A stretch of 64,000 bases of DNA, from positions 21,017,231 through 21,081,230 of the forward strand of contig NC_083435.1 in the NCBI RefSeq assembly GCF_020745735.1, read 5' to 3'. Source of the stretch: Hemiscyllium ocellatum. Lineage: Eukaryota. The translations under genes and the position numbers were made by a program. The notes beneath the pieces are model-generated. The model searched no databases. It was not told where the DNA came from and was given only the letters and a program-made list of their open reading frames with translations. Shown here one piece after another: positions 50,928 to 63,311 of this stretch; the first letter of the stretch is position 1; each line of letters opens with the position of its first letter.

Positions 50928-53340
50928 TCGCTGCACTTTGACTGCTGCCTGAACTGCTGTACTCTTCCAGCACCACTGATCCAATACAATCTACAGTCTT
51001 GTGTTTAAATTCATTAATATTTGTTTATTAGTTACAATTATAATACAACAATATCTCACCTATAATATGTAACGGCAGTTATTTTAAACCCTTTGAGAAT
51101 TGTGTGATCGGACGATCCCTTCTACTGTTGACGAAATATCTGGTTTCCACCTACCCAATACCTAATTGCTATAAGCGTCATTACCTTATCTAGTTGCCAT
51201 TACTATGAAGACTGGCATTCTGACTGTAGAAACTGATGTCTCAACTAACAATTCGTCTCAACAATGAACAGGTAGCAGCACAAGTCATGACCATTTTAAT
51301 GCTTTTGAATGATTCTCCTTCAAACAATTATGGCGTGATTCCTTGATTAGACATTTTTTTTAATATCGGCCTTGAGCTTCAGCAAATTTTCTTCTTTATT
51401 TCTGTGTATTTCTGTCAACTAAAGAAGTTTTTAAATGTTTTTTTTTATCCAGGATATGGTTGAGAACTGACCATCTGAAGAATTCTAAAACCGTGGAGGG
51501 CACGGTTAGGCTAAATAGACAAGTGTTTTTCCTTGGGGCGGGAAAGTTCAGAACTAGCGGGCATAGGTTTATGGTGAGACACGAAAACCTTTATAAGGGA
51601 CCTAAGAAGCAACATTTGGTCGTGTATGCAACAGGTTGGGAAAGGAGGCGGTGGAGGCTGGTACAATTACAGTATTCAAAGTGTATTTGGAAGGTCACAG
51701 GAAGAGTTCAGAGGGGTATGAGTCAAATGCTAGCAGATGGAACTAATTTAATATAACTGGTCAGCATAGATAGGTAGTGCCGAAGGGTCTGTTGCTGTGC
51801 TATACATCTGTATGACTTGACGAGTTCACAAACACATTTTTCCGCGTTGTTCCTCATGACAGTCCTGGCGATGTCAATGTTCAAGCCCAATCATCAGGGT
51901 TCAAAAATTGGCGTACAGTTAGCATTATTTGATGCAACGATGTGCAAATTGAGTTAGTTGTTAAACAGCTTCTAGATTAACTGTCAAATTGTGATCTTGC
52001 AATATCTTTCGTCCAGATTTGGTAACATCATCATGCAAAGGGCAATGAGTCGATGAAATAAGCTGTAAGAGGAAATCGTGGAGGCCGGTGCAATTTTAAC
52101 ATTTAAAGGGCATCTGACTGGCTATATGAACATAAAGAGTTGAGATGGATATGGGTGAAATGATATCAAATGGGACTAGATTAATTTATGGTGTCTGGTC
52201 AGCATGGACGAGCTGGACCAAAGCCTTTTTCCATGCTGTGCAGTTCTGACTATATAAAGGTGACCCATCAAGCAGATATTAATCGATGAGAATATTCAGA
52301 CTGTTTAATCAGTGACGAATTAAATGTAGAAATATAATTATCTTCATCTATGATGTCTTCCTGTTGCTTGTCTTTATTATTCTGACAGAATAATGTATTA
52401 ATTATATGGAAACTGTACTGTGCACAGTCGAAAGTAGCATAATGTCTCTTGTTCTCATTTTACCCATTTGATATTTGAAACCAAATGGCGCCTATCCTGA
52501 ACTGGAGAGCATGATCAACACTGGCATCGAAATTTCCCAGATTTTACTTTCACCCTTTGAGATGGCAATATGAATGTAACCACGATTAGAACGAATCGTT
52601 CATGTACAAAATCAATAGGAGACGGGAGCCCTAGCTCAGATCTTGGGACTTATGATATTTCTAATAAAATCGACCCGTAAGTGATGCATCGTTTTTGTTT
52701 TCGTTTCTGAAAGGAGGCTACAGGTCGCCCAAGATCCTATCGTGGAAAACAAAGCAATGTCTACGTACAGAAAGATCAAGTGTAGTCTCTGATTACCAGT
52801 AGAACTTCTATTTCTCTTCTTGGTCATTAAGTTGACTCAGTGAAGGTGGTGACATCAAGATGAATCTTGATTATTGATGTGACAGAATTGTTTATCTTCT
52901 GCTGTGACTGTCGTTCCTTTCGGTCACGGGCAAGTGTTCAACAAGTACGAGAATACTTAAAAATGTGTTTCTTCAATCACAAACCTACTGCCTCTGTAGC
53001 ACTTGGGTCTCCAGTTATTTGACAGACTTTGTCTGAATTGTGCATTGTCTGGATCGAAACATTTTATCCTGAAAGCAAGATGTCTGCATGGCAATTAGAC
53101 TGCTCCACCAGGGTAATTGTTTTCCATCGAATGACCTGGTATAGCATTTGTGTTCCAAACCATGTCTCCAAACATTATCATGGGTTCAGATTCATCAGTA
53201 AAGCTGTTCAATTGCACAGCCCAATACTCATCGTCTACTGATTTCAGCAACAGTCATATCTGAATGAATCCTTTGGACAGGAAGTAAACATGCAAGCAAA
53301 ATTGTTATTCCGTATGTAACGAATGAATTTCTCTTCACAG

Positions 53341-53367
53341 AGGAAAGTCTTGAATCAAAGTTGGAAG
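53341..53367 (+). CDS. Microexon E' (unit 2); (E)ESLESKLE
   Basis: tttctcttcacag|AGGAAAGTCTTGAATCAAAGTTGGAAG|gtgaga. Confidence 0.85.
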
Positions 53368-56300
53368 GTGAGATCATTCATTTTTGTGATATGTTCTATG
53401 ATGATCTTTTCTGAATTGCTTAACACATATAAGACGGTGAAAAGGCTGCTAATCATACAACTTGAATCATGCCACATCCAGAGTAAACTATTTGCAGAAT
53501 GGCTCGAAATGAATGATTATGCACCAACACTACTATTCATGTTGATTGGTTTATATCTACTTAATACTGGGTGAAAAATAAAGCAACACTCATTTTTTAC
53601 ACTGTTTGTTACATAGACACATTGTTACATTGTTCATACGTTTATCAGTTGCATTCATACCTACAATATTTTATGAGCGATTGCAATCAATCAAGAGCAT
53701 TTGATGCACGTCTACTAGTTTAAGTGTAATGGAAAATGCTTTGGCTTCAGCCTGCTCCTGTCGAAAAACATTAGATAATGACAATTCAATTGGTAGTCTT
53801 GGCGTTTCTCACAGCTTAAATGTTAGGCAGGTCACCACAGATAGTTCGGCCCATTAACTCAAAAACGTTCTACCAAACGATTGTGTCAACCTGATACTGA
53901 AATTTATAAACCACATTAATGCTACATCGAAGAGATAAGTTCACCCGTTAAGTCATGCAGACTGGTGTGCACTTCTTTCGGTGCTTTATCTCCATATTGT
54001 ACAAATTAAGTATTCCACCTATCGAACACCAGCAGTTATCCATTCAAATGTAATTATAATGATGAATGTTAATGTGGCAGCGCAAAGCCTCATTTGAATA
54101 GCATATTCGAACTCATTCCCAGCTATTTCTGTGGTCGTCATAATTTTTTTAATATATAAGCAAACAGAATTCCCAAATTACATGTCTTCTGAAGTGAAGA
54201 AGCCATAAATTATGGACAACTTTTCTTTACTTAACAAGAGTAGTTACTTATTACAAATAAATGAATCTTCAAGCAACAGATGTGCATTTCTGAACAATTA
54301 ATAAATTACTCGATTCATTCAAACTCTAACCTCTGATTGAAATATCCTTACAGAAATGCTGAGCATACAAGTATAGAGAGGACAAAAAACAAACAGAGTT
54401 ATAGGCAGAGGTTATGGGTAGATTTATGGATAAACACTGAAAAGTAGCTCAATATTTCCTTTTCCCAAAGTTTCACTGCAATGGTCAATTTTGATTTTAA
54501 AACTTGGTGCTCTTTCATTTGTATTTCGCTGATATTTTCAATTGCTATTAGAAACAGCAATACGGGTGTTTTACACTGACAAAGATGTTCTTTGCTCGTT
54601 AAGATTCACAGATTACAATAAATGGTGAGGGAAAAATACACAGCCTTTCCTCATTTTATGACATCCTTTACTATTCCAGAGAAATGGCACAGTTCCTGTT
54701 CTTACAAAATCGCATTTCTTTGAACAATTACTTGCGTCCAAATTATCAGCATCCAGAGCGCGACTGATAGAAGTCTTGACCCACACTGACTTTGCCACAG
54801 TCAACAGTCTCCAGATCAATAGTTTCTTGAAGCTGGCCAAATCTCGATTTGCACAGAACCCTTGGCTCCAACTCATCTGAAAACCTACCACTCATTACAT
54901 CTAAAGATTGCAGTGTCAATGCCTCTTACAGCATGTGCTAGTTTATTTACTTTGATTAAATGTATCAATCCTTCAACCGTCAATCATTTCGGAATTTCAC
55001 TCTAAAAGCAAAAATGTAACTAAAATGATGCAATATTTACATATTATAGCCTAACACAAGGAAACTCAGGATAACAGTGCCGTACATGATCAACTGGTTC
55101 TTATGCCTAGTGCAGTTCATTTTATTTTCAATGAATCAAATTTATCGTATGTAAGTATTCCTTTCCATTTGAGCATATTGCTATAAATATGGAAATTCTA
55201 AATATCGATTGTGGAAACAAAACATTTATCTATAGATTCATTCGCACTGTGTGAATGTAAGAGCCATGTACCTTAAATCTTACATTCAGCTGATTGATCA
55301 GTGTAGCATCTGACTGCAATGGAACAGATACAACAACTTATCCACAATAAGCCTCAGTTGCCAAAGGCGGTAGTCATCAGATCTGAGAAAATAACAATAA
55401 CTTCACGGCTGCTGACTCACTACTACAGGACAGATGAGAAGCTAAACTTTGCCATTTGATCTCTATTCTTCCTGTTGCAAGTATGACATCACACAATACT
55501 GAAGCTTTGCAAAAGGAACGGGACAATTAGCTCCATGGTGGTACAATTGGAGCGTTATTCAAAGAGGACACTAGATACCTCAAACGGAACTAAACTGATA
55601 TAAGTGACACGAACCCTTTTGTATGAAGATCAGAGCCATTTCTCTAAACATATTTCTCATGATAGCATAGAACGTGCAAGACAAATCAACATCCAATACT
55701 GATTTTGCACCTGCACATTCAGGTAGATAACAAGAACAGAAGATTCAGACTTAGCAGACTGTTTCTAGTTCATGTTATTGCATGAATAGAATGTGAATTC
55801 GTATTTTCTGCAAGATTAATATTATGGCGATAATATTAGCATAATGCATTTTTTCTCACATCATTATTATGTTCTGAATGCTCTGCATGACATGAAGTAA
55901 AATAATATTAGATACAGAATCTATCAATACGTCAATGTTCTTTTCTGGATTACTTTACTTTAGTGTGGCCTCTTTAACACTCAGATGTCACTCAAAGTTC
56001 AGTGGAAGGTAGATTCTTAATAATACACATGTTATGAACGAATGGTCAACACCCAACTGTCTTGGTACTTGCATACGATATGTGGCTGAAGTGAAACATA
56101 CTTAACTTTTGTCAAACTGTTTACATGAACTTACCCAATCCTATGAATCTACAAATCCAAAAAAGAAAAATCAGCTGATGAATTAGCGCCATTTTCGCAA
56201 TTTCATCTCCCACTCTACTTCATTCTGGAAACAGTCAATCTAATGGAAACATTCGCGTGGATGAATGTCAGGTTTCACTATCCTCATGGCAACTTGTTGT

Positions 56301-57735
56301 GGTCAACTGGTCAATTTCTGTCCTCTTTTATCGCTGTTATACAAACCAAGGTCTGCACAGTGTTCAGTACTGCGGGATTTTTAAAAAATTAAAACGAACA
56401 AGCGAGAAGACAACATTGACCACAAATAAAATTAGCAACTTTATTATTTTGCTGTCATGAGTGGGAGAAATTGCATGATCATGAATACTGCTGAAACTTT
56501 ATAAATTTAGATGCAGGGTCAAGCCGTTTGAAAAATTATACATTTCATTCTTGATCAGGCTCGTTGGCATTACCTAACAGTAGGCAGAAGTGGGTACAGC
56601 AGATGCTGGAGATTAGAGTTAAGATTGGAGTGGTGCAGGAAAGCAACAGCAGGTCAGGCAAGGTCCCAGGAGCAGGAAAAATCACCGTTTTGGGAAAACG
56701 TCATTCACCATTCTATTACCTAATAGTATCAATCCACATGCAGAAATGTGATGGAGATTTGTGCTGACAACATTGGATTTTTAAACCAAAGAAAAAACGA
56801 TCAAATTTTCTACTTGTACAAAAATAGCATGCACAGGTTTTAAGTGAAAAAGTTTTATCTCTGCTTGAGCAAATTTCCAGATAATGAGCGGCTGCCGGCA
56901 TAAACATCAAATTCTGCTACTCTAGAGCTTACCAAGTTATTGATTGGGCTAACTCAGGATAATGGAAACCCATCGATGGTGATGGACACATAAGGCAAAA
57001 CGTTATCTAGGAATAGAATATTGTAGCATCGCAAGTGGTCTCTGATGATGAGTTGTTTGGGGACTGGAATTAGGTGGGTATAATGTCGGTGTTTAACGAT
57101 GACAAGCATAGCGATTTTCTGAGTTGCTGTCCATGGATGGTGAAGTACACAAAACGATGTCAAGCATAGCGATTTTCTGAGCTGCTCTCCATGGACAATG
57201 AAGTACACAAAATTATGGGGATTGATGGTAATGTGGTTTGATAATACTTATAATTATGGGAAACTGGGAATAATTTCTGAAAATCTGAAGCATCCAAATG
57301 CTTATGTAATTCAGCATTGTGACCTCGTGATAGCTGATTTGCCATTTTTAATGTCACTGGAAAAATGCCACCCCAGTGTATGGCATTTGGTCAGACATCC
57401 GAAAATTTGTCATCCTCTTTTGAGGCCCATGACCAAAGCATCACAAGCTAACGAGACTCATCACATTCGATCCCAAAAGGGACTAGGACAAAGCTTTGAA
57501 TTCAACTTGCAATCTATTTGCATTCACCAGGGATAATAATGATTAATGTTAACGAAACTGAAAGAGAAAAGATGTGTATACTTATTCCACTTTTTGCATC
57601 TATTCAAATACTTTTGTGCAAAATTAAAGAATGTGTGAGGAATGAAACAGCAATGTAGGTGTTAGTTCGTTCCTTAATAATGAATAAAAATGAGATAAGA
57701 AAATAATATTCACAAACATCATTTTTCGTTCACAG

Positions 57736-57771
57736 AAATTAAATCATTGAAAGATGCTCTAAACAATGCGG
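57736..57771 (+). CDS. Microexon F' (unit 2); (E)IKSLKDALNNA
   Basis: tttttcgttcacag|AAATTAAATCATTGAAAGATGCTCTAAACAATGCGG|gtgagc. Confidence 0.85.
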
Positions 57772-58944
57772 GTGAGCATGTTCAAAGAATATGATTCGTC
57801 AATGTGTCTTTTAGGGGAGGACAAATCGCGATGATCAATATACTGAGATCCTAGGTTATGGATTTCTTTTGTTGGAATCATTTACCTTGGAAGGTAACAG
57901 CGTTGGCCACAATGTGTTTTGGAAACATATATTGGAAATTAATTCATGGTTCTTACATCGTAAATTTTAACGCAGACCGCTTTAATGCATGCAATCCACA
58001 AGTTTGAAGTAATTTGTCTGCAAATTTACCTGCAGATGAGTAATTATTGCAACACTCGGACATCTGAAATTGGTCAAACATGACTTTCGTCCGGAGGCTC
58101 AATAAATTCTGAAAAGAAACCTTTCAACGTGATGTCTTTGGGCAGAGCATGTTTTTGGTTACTTTAAGAAATTTGCATCATTAAAAAGCCTTCAAAATAT
58201 AGAAAATAGCCACACAAAAAGATGCATTCAGTCCAAGTCGTCCATGCCGAACAGATATCTTCAAATAATCCAGTCCATTTTATTAAAATTTGGAGAATAT
58301 CCCTCTAAACCCTTCCTACTCGTAGACCCATCCAGATGCCTTTAAATGTTGTATCGTACCAGACTCTACAACTTCATCTGGCAGTTCATTCCATGCATTC
58401 AACAACGTCTGTGTGAAAAAAATTGCCTTTTGGACCCTTTTAAATCGTTCCCCTCTCACGTTAACACTATGTTCTCTAATTTTGGACTCCCACACCCCAG
58501 AGAAAAGGCCTGATTTATTTATCCTATCCACGCCCCTCATGACCTTATAAACCGCTATAAGGTGACATTTCAGCCTGTGGTGCTCCAGGGAAAATAGCCC
58601 CAGCCTACTCGGCCTCTCGCAATAGCTCAAACAAACAAACCCTCGCAAAATCATTAGAAATCATTTCTGAAGTCATTCAATAACTTTGTTATATTGAATT
58701 CGCAAAGCACAGTTTACCATGATTCAACAACCAGAAGCATATGAATGTATCAACAGAGAATAAAATAGAACTTCAATTCTTCGGCAATGCTTCACCATTC
58801 AGTGTGACTCAGCTATTGACGAAGAACTAAGATAAATGAATGTGATACATGTTTATTCTTAAAGACCCCCAAAAAAGAAAGAAGGAATTAGTAATGTTGA
58901 ATAATATAGGGTTAGCATATGGACTTAAAGACCAAAAATGGAGA

Positions 58945-59815
58945 TAATAGGAATGCAAATTTGGTTGCTGAGCTGGTCGATTTGTTCTCAGACGTTTCAT
59001 CATCATGCTAGGTAACATCGTAAGCGAGCCTCTGGTGAAGGTGGAGTTTGAGAGTGTGGTGCTGAAAAAGCACTGCAGGTCAGGCAGCATCCGAGGAGCA
59101 GGAGAACCTACGTTTCGGGCAAAAGTCTTTATCAGGAAAGGGTCAGTAAAGGGTTGGTTTTCTGCCCTGCTTACTATTTAACTGTCGCAGATCACATAAA
59201 TGTGATCCAAATCTATATGCTTGTTACTGAAGTCCTGGTTTGAATGCCAGTCCTTTAGGAATTCCCGTATTTGTCTTTGTTTAGCCTGTCCCAGGATAGA
59301 TGTATTGTGTCAGTCCAACTGGTGTCCCTCTTCCTCTGTGTATATGGATACCAGTGATAGCTGGTCATGCCTTTTGATGGCGAGTTTGCGCTCCTGTATC
59401 TTAATGGCTAGTTTCCTGCCAGTTAATGTACCGTCATGTTTATTGCAGTCCTCACAAGTTATTTTGTATGTCATTCGTTCTGCTGGTTTTTGGTACAGTG
59501 TCCTTTAAATTCATGAGGAGCTGTTCCAGTGTCATGTTATGCTTGTGGGCTATGATGACACCTAGGTGCCAGAATTGTCTAATTGTCATCTCCAAAATGT
59601 CTTTGATGAATGGCATGCTGGCTAGAGTCTCTGGCCATGTTATGTATTCTTGTTTAGGCCTGTTGAGCAGGAATTGGTGGACTGTGAACACCGCATACCC
59701 GTTGTTCCTGAATACGTTGCATGGTTGTTGTTTTTTCTCCTTAAGAACACATTGTTTCTGCTTAGCGAACGAATTTACAACCTGATCACGTTCTGAGCAA
59801 CAATTCTTCTCCAAA
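58945..59815 (-). mobile_element. Old Penelope-like fragment, unit-2 copy
   Basis: ORF 59452-59814 is homologous to 30309-30787. Confidence 0.8.
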
Positions 59816-62191
59816 ATCCAGGCTTGTGTTAAAGTTACGTAAGGTGTAAAGTCTCCAATTTCAATAATGTATTAGTACAAATATCTTGAAAAATCAAAAT
59901 CTGTCATAGCTGCAAATGTAAATAAATTGGATAAGACAGATCAAGTTCTTTCGTTGACATATTTGAGAGGTTACGAATGCTGTTTTTGTAAGTAAAGGAC
60001 AATTGTCGAGTTTTCAAACTAAATTTATCGAGAACAGCTTATTTATCTGCTTTAATTTGGAAATCTAAACTGAATACATCAAAATTACGAATCATGAACA
60101 CTTTCTTCTTGGTTTTAGAGGGAAGACAACCGATGTTAAAGAATTCTCCCTAACTACAATATAACTCACTCACACGAAATCCCAGCTTTTTCTTGCAGCT
60201 TGGAGGCCGCTGTGAGGGAGACATGAACAGTATGGAGTGTTGCAGACCACATTTGCAAAAATGATTATAATTTTTTCATTCATTGGCGTTATAAGACTAT
60301 CAAGTAGTTATTGGAAGTTGATGAATATTCTTCAACATCCGTTTCTGCCCGTGGAAAGAAGAGCAAAATCGCAATGTTGTGGCCGTTGAAGCTCTTGGCA
60401 ACAAAATAGAGAAGAGACCATTACATTGCATGTTGATGCCTGAACGTATCTTTTTGCAAGTTTGTATGGGGAGACTGGAGGTTTTTTAATGACAAATTGG
60501 TCGGGTGTAGAGCTCTAAAATATTCAGGGTTGCATTAATGCAACCTAGACATGAGGATTTTTTTTTAAATGAACAATGTGGACGTTGAGAAAATAAGATC
60601 AGGATTTTTTTATAACAACACCGCTCAGAAAGCAATCGTCTGTTGAGATATTGGCAACTTCTCCAAAACTCACATCTTAGTGGTAGCTCAATAAGGTCTT
60701 ACAAATTTTATGCGAATATCAAGCTTGATAACTTTTTCTTTGACAGGCCAATTTCAAAACAACGGCTAGCCCAACACTACAACAACTTCATTTAATGCAA
60801 CAAGGTTTGACGAAATACATCATTGAGCTGTTTGGACTGTGGCCCGAAATGTTTAATGTCAAACAATTTTATGCCATTCATAAAATGTTTCATGCATCAT
60901 GACATTAGTTACTGTATGATAGGAGATCAAAAATAAGTACCTCCCAACTTTTATGATTGTCAGAGGATTTAGAGATTGTTCTTCTAACCACTTCAGACAT
61001 GCGTTTGAATTCCACAGTATGGGATACGAAATTTGGTTTCAATAATAATTGAATTTGGAGACATCTTATCTAAGGATGAGTATAACAGTGATGGTGTAGA
61101 CACCCAAATGATTCACAAAGGATTTTCTTCATGAAGGAAATCTGCTTCCTTCATCCAGACAATATGGAACAGCAATGCACTTCAGAATAAACTGAACTCC
61201 AAATTAGCCTCGACTTCCAACCAATTAAATAGCAATTAGAGATTGACAACAAGTAATCATGATGCCAGTCATACTCACAGGTTCGAGGAGATTATCAAAA
61301 ATGTTTGAAATCTACTTGATAGCGACTATTCAGTTCACCAGTGATCGCCATGCCCTACTAAACAGCCGATACTATAAGATTGACATTCAGTACATGACAA
61401 GCACAGGTTGTGGGATGCTTTATTAATCCATGTCTCCAAATATCCTGCCAATATCTTGAGTGGGGGCATTGCACATTTATGACAGTTTGAGGGAATTGTG
61501 ACTATCTTATTTGCAGTTTTGAAGAATGAGTGATCGTTTTATTGAAGTTTTGCAAAGTACTTAAAGGATCACATAAGGTAAACGTAAGTAAGATATTTTC
61601 TTTAGAAATCAGAATCATGGGTACATTTTTAAAAACTGCGATGGCATTTAGTTCTAAGATGATTACTTTTTTAAACTCAAATAGTTGTGATTCAAAATAC
61701 TGTGGAAGCTCCGTCTTTTCGTATGTTTAAGTCAGAGACTTATGGCAGTCTGGTTACCAATGACATTCAGAATTTTGTGGACTTGTTGGAAGAAAGGATT
61801 TCAGTATCGATCAGGTATGTTAATATTTAAAGGAGAAGCAGGTTCAATGCACCTACTACTGTTCCAATGCTATTGTGTTCAATGTTTTTTCAAAATATAA
61901 AAACCCTTAGTGTTTAATATTCTCACTACATGTTAAAAATCCTGAATATCCCCAGAGAATAATAATATTGCACGTAATAAGTCACAGAACAAAATGTCTC
62001 CAAACTAATTTTGTTCGAGATAACATTTGGCAATTGAACTAAATGGAGGCATCAGGTCAGCTGAAATTATTTTATGTAAGAAACTGTATCCGAGTCCTTA
62101 GATAAAATATTCTTGGACAATAACTGAGATATGTATATAATCGAAATATAAACAATAAATCGAAGCATACTTTCACATTGTTTTGCACCAG

Positions 62192-62218
62192 AAGAAACTT
62201 TACAACAGAAAGAATCGG
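62192..62218 (+). CDS. Microexon G' (unit 2); (E)ETLQQKES
   Basis: ttttgcaccag|AAGAAACTTTACAACAGAAAGAATCGG|gtaagc. Confidence 0.85.
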
Positions 62219-62410
62219 GTAAGCATATTAAACAAATGCATCGAGCATTTATCTGTCATGAGAATTCCACAAGTTTGATTTTCTTTCAACTGTCCTACCA
62301 ATTACTGTGACACACAATGAAATTCTGTTTGACGTCATGCCATTAGTAGTTAAAGTGGAGACGCAGTTCATATGTATCTCATAGATATTCATGGATTATT
62401 ATACTTTCAG

Positions 62411-62437
62411 AGTTCAACGAAAAGTGTAAAGCTAATG
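62411..62437 (+). CDS. Microexon H' (unit 2); (E)FNEKCKAN
   Basis: attatactttcag|AGTTCAACGAAAAGTGTAAAGCTAATG|gtaaat. Confidence 0.72.
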
Positions 62438-63311
62438 GTAAATGACACTGCATTTTCTCAACAAATTAATTTGCATAAGTAATCACCAGTTCGCTAAAAA
62501 AAGAAAGCAATCAGCATCTCTCGTGAGCAATTTTATTCCTCATTTGTATTGTCACCTTGATTTGAACTCGATCATGAAAGCAATGTCCCCTCCAAGTTAA
62601 ATTGCCAATAATTGGAATGTTTCAAGAATTTGCTTTGTCGTCAATAGAGTTTCACGGAAAAGGAATGACATTGGGAGAGATTTCTTGATCAGTGCGACCA
62701 AACAGCAGAATTAGTACTTTCGTTTTAACTCATGATGTTTTCATCATTCCACCACCAAAAACAGTCCAACCTGTAAATATGTCATGGTACGACAGAAGTC
62801 ATTATTCAACTGTTAGCTCGACTAAGATCTATATTCTGAAAACTGACAGCTCCATTAAAGGAGTTGGCACCCGTTTTCATGACAACAAATATATATGGTA
62901 TCATTGTCGGAGAAAATAATCAAAAGATTACTGATTTTCAGCATTAGAAATGACGTAGGTCAGTAATGAAGGGGATACATAGGGAGTGGTGGGTTTGCAA
63001 GAAATCTGTTTACCGTAATCATAGCTAAATTCCAGATTCATATTCAAAGTGCAGGAGAACACTTTTTTAACCTATATTCCCATTAGAAGAAAGTAGCTAA
63101 AAACTTACATATGTTTTTCAACGTTTTATGTCAAATTATTGGCTTACTATACACGTCTTTACGTTGTTTCAAGATACGGAAGGTGAACAGCAAATATGTA
63201 TAAATGGGAAGTCGAATTCATTTTCGTCGCATTGAAAATATCACTGTTCAAACCATAGCGAATCTCAGAGGGATATGTCAGTTGAAAAAGTTCTGAAATC
63301 AAACAGAATAA

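Larger units (their letters stand above)
46885..50983 (+). mobile_element. Near full-length Penelope-like element with tandem pseudo-LTRs; ORF disrupted
   Basis: 5' pLTR ~46885-47450 and 3' pLTR ~50442-50983; ORF remnants from ~47488: IKPTDKGGAVVV, DIQSLYT, AMDTRMGPSYACLF, YIND (from YIDD), GIY-YIG; same insertion site as 20512-21860. Confidence 0.95.
34524..63311 (+). repeat. Tandem segmental duplication unit 2 (~28.8 kb)
   Basis: Colinear with unit 1. The ~5.7 kb size difference is accounted for by the identified indels (CR1, SINE, Penelope, microhomology deletions). Confidence 0.97.

Noticed and set aside
1628-62437. Assigning a gene name (BG/butyrophilin, TRIM, triadin, TSBP1)
   Set aside because: Only the exon architecture is similar; no Ig, TM, RING or B30.2 exon is visible in the window and I do not recognise the peptide.
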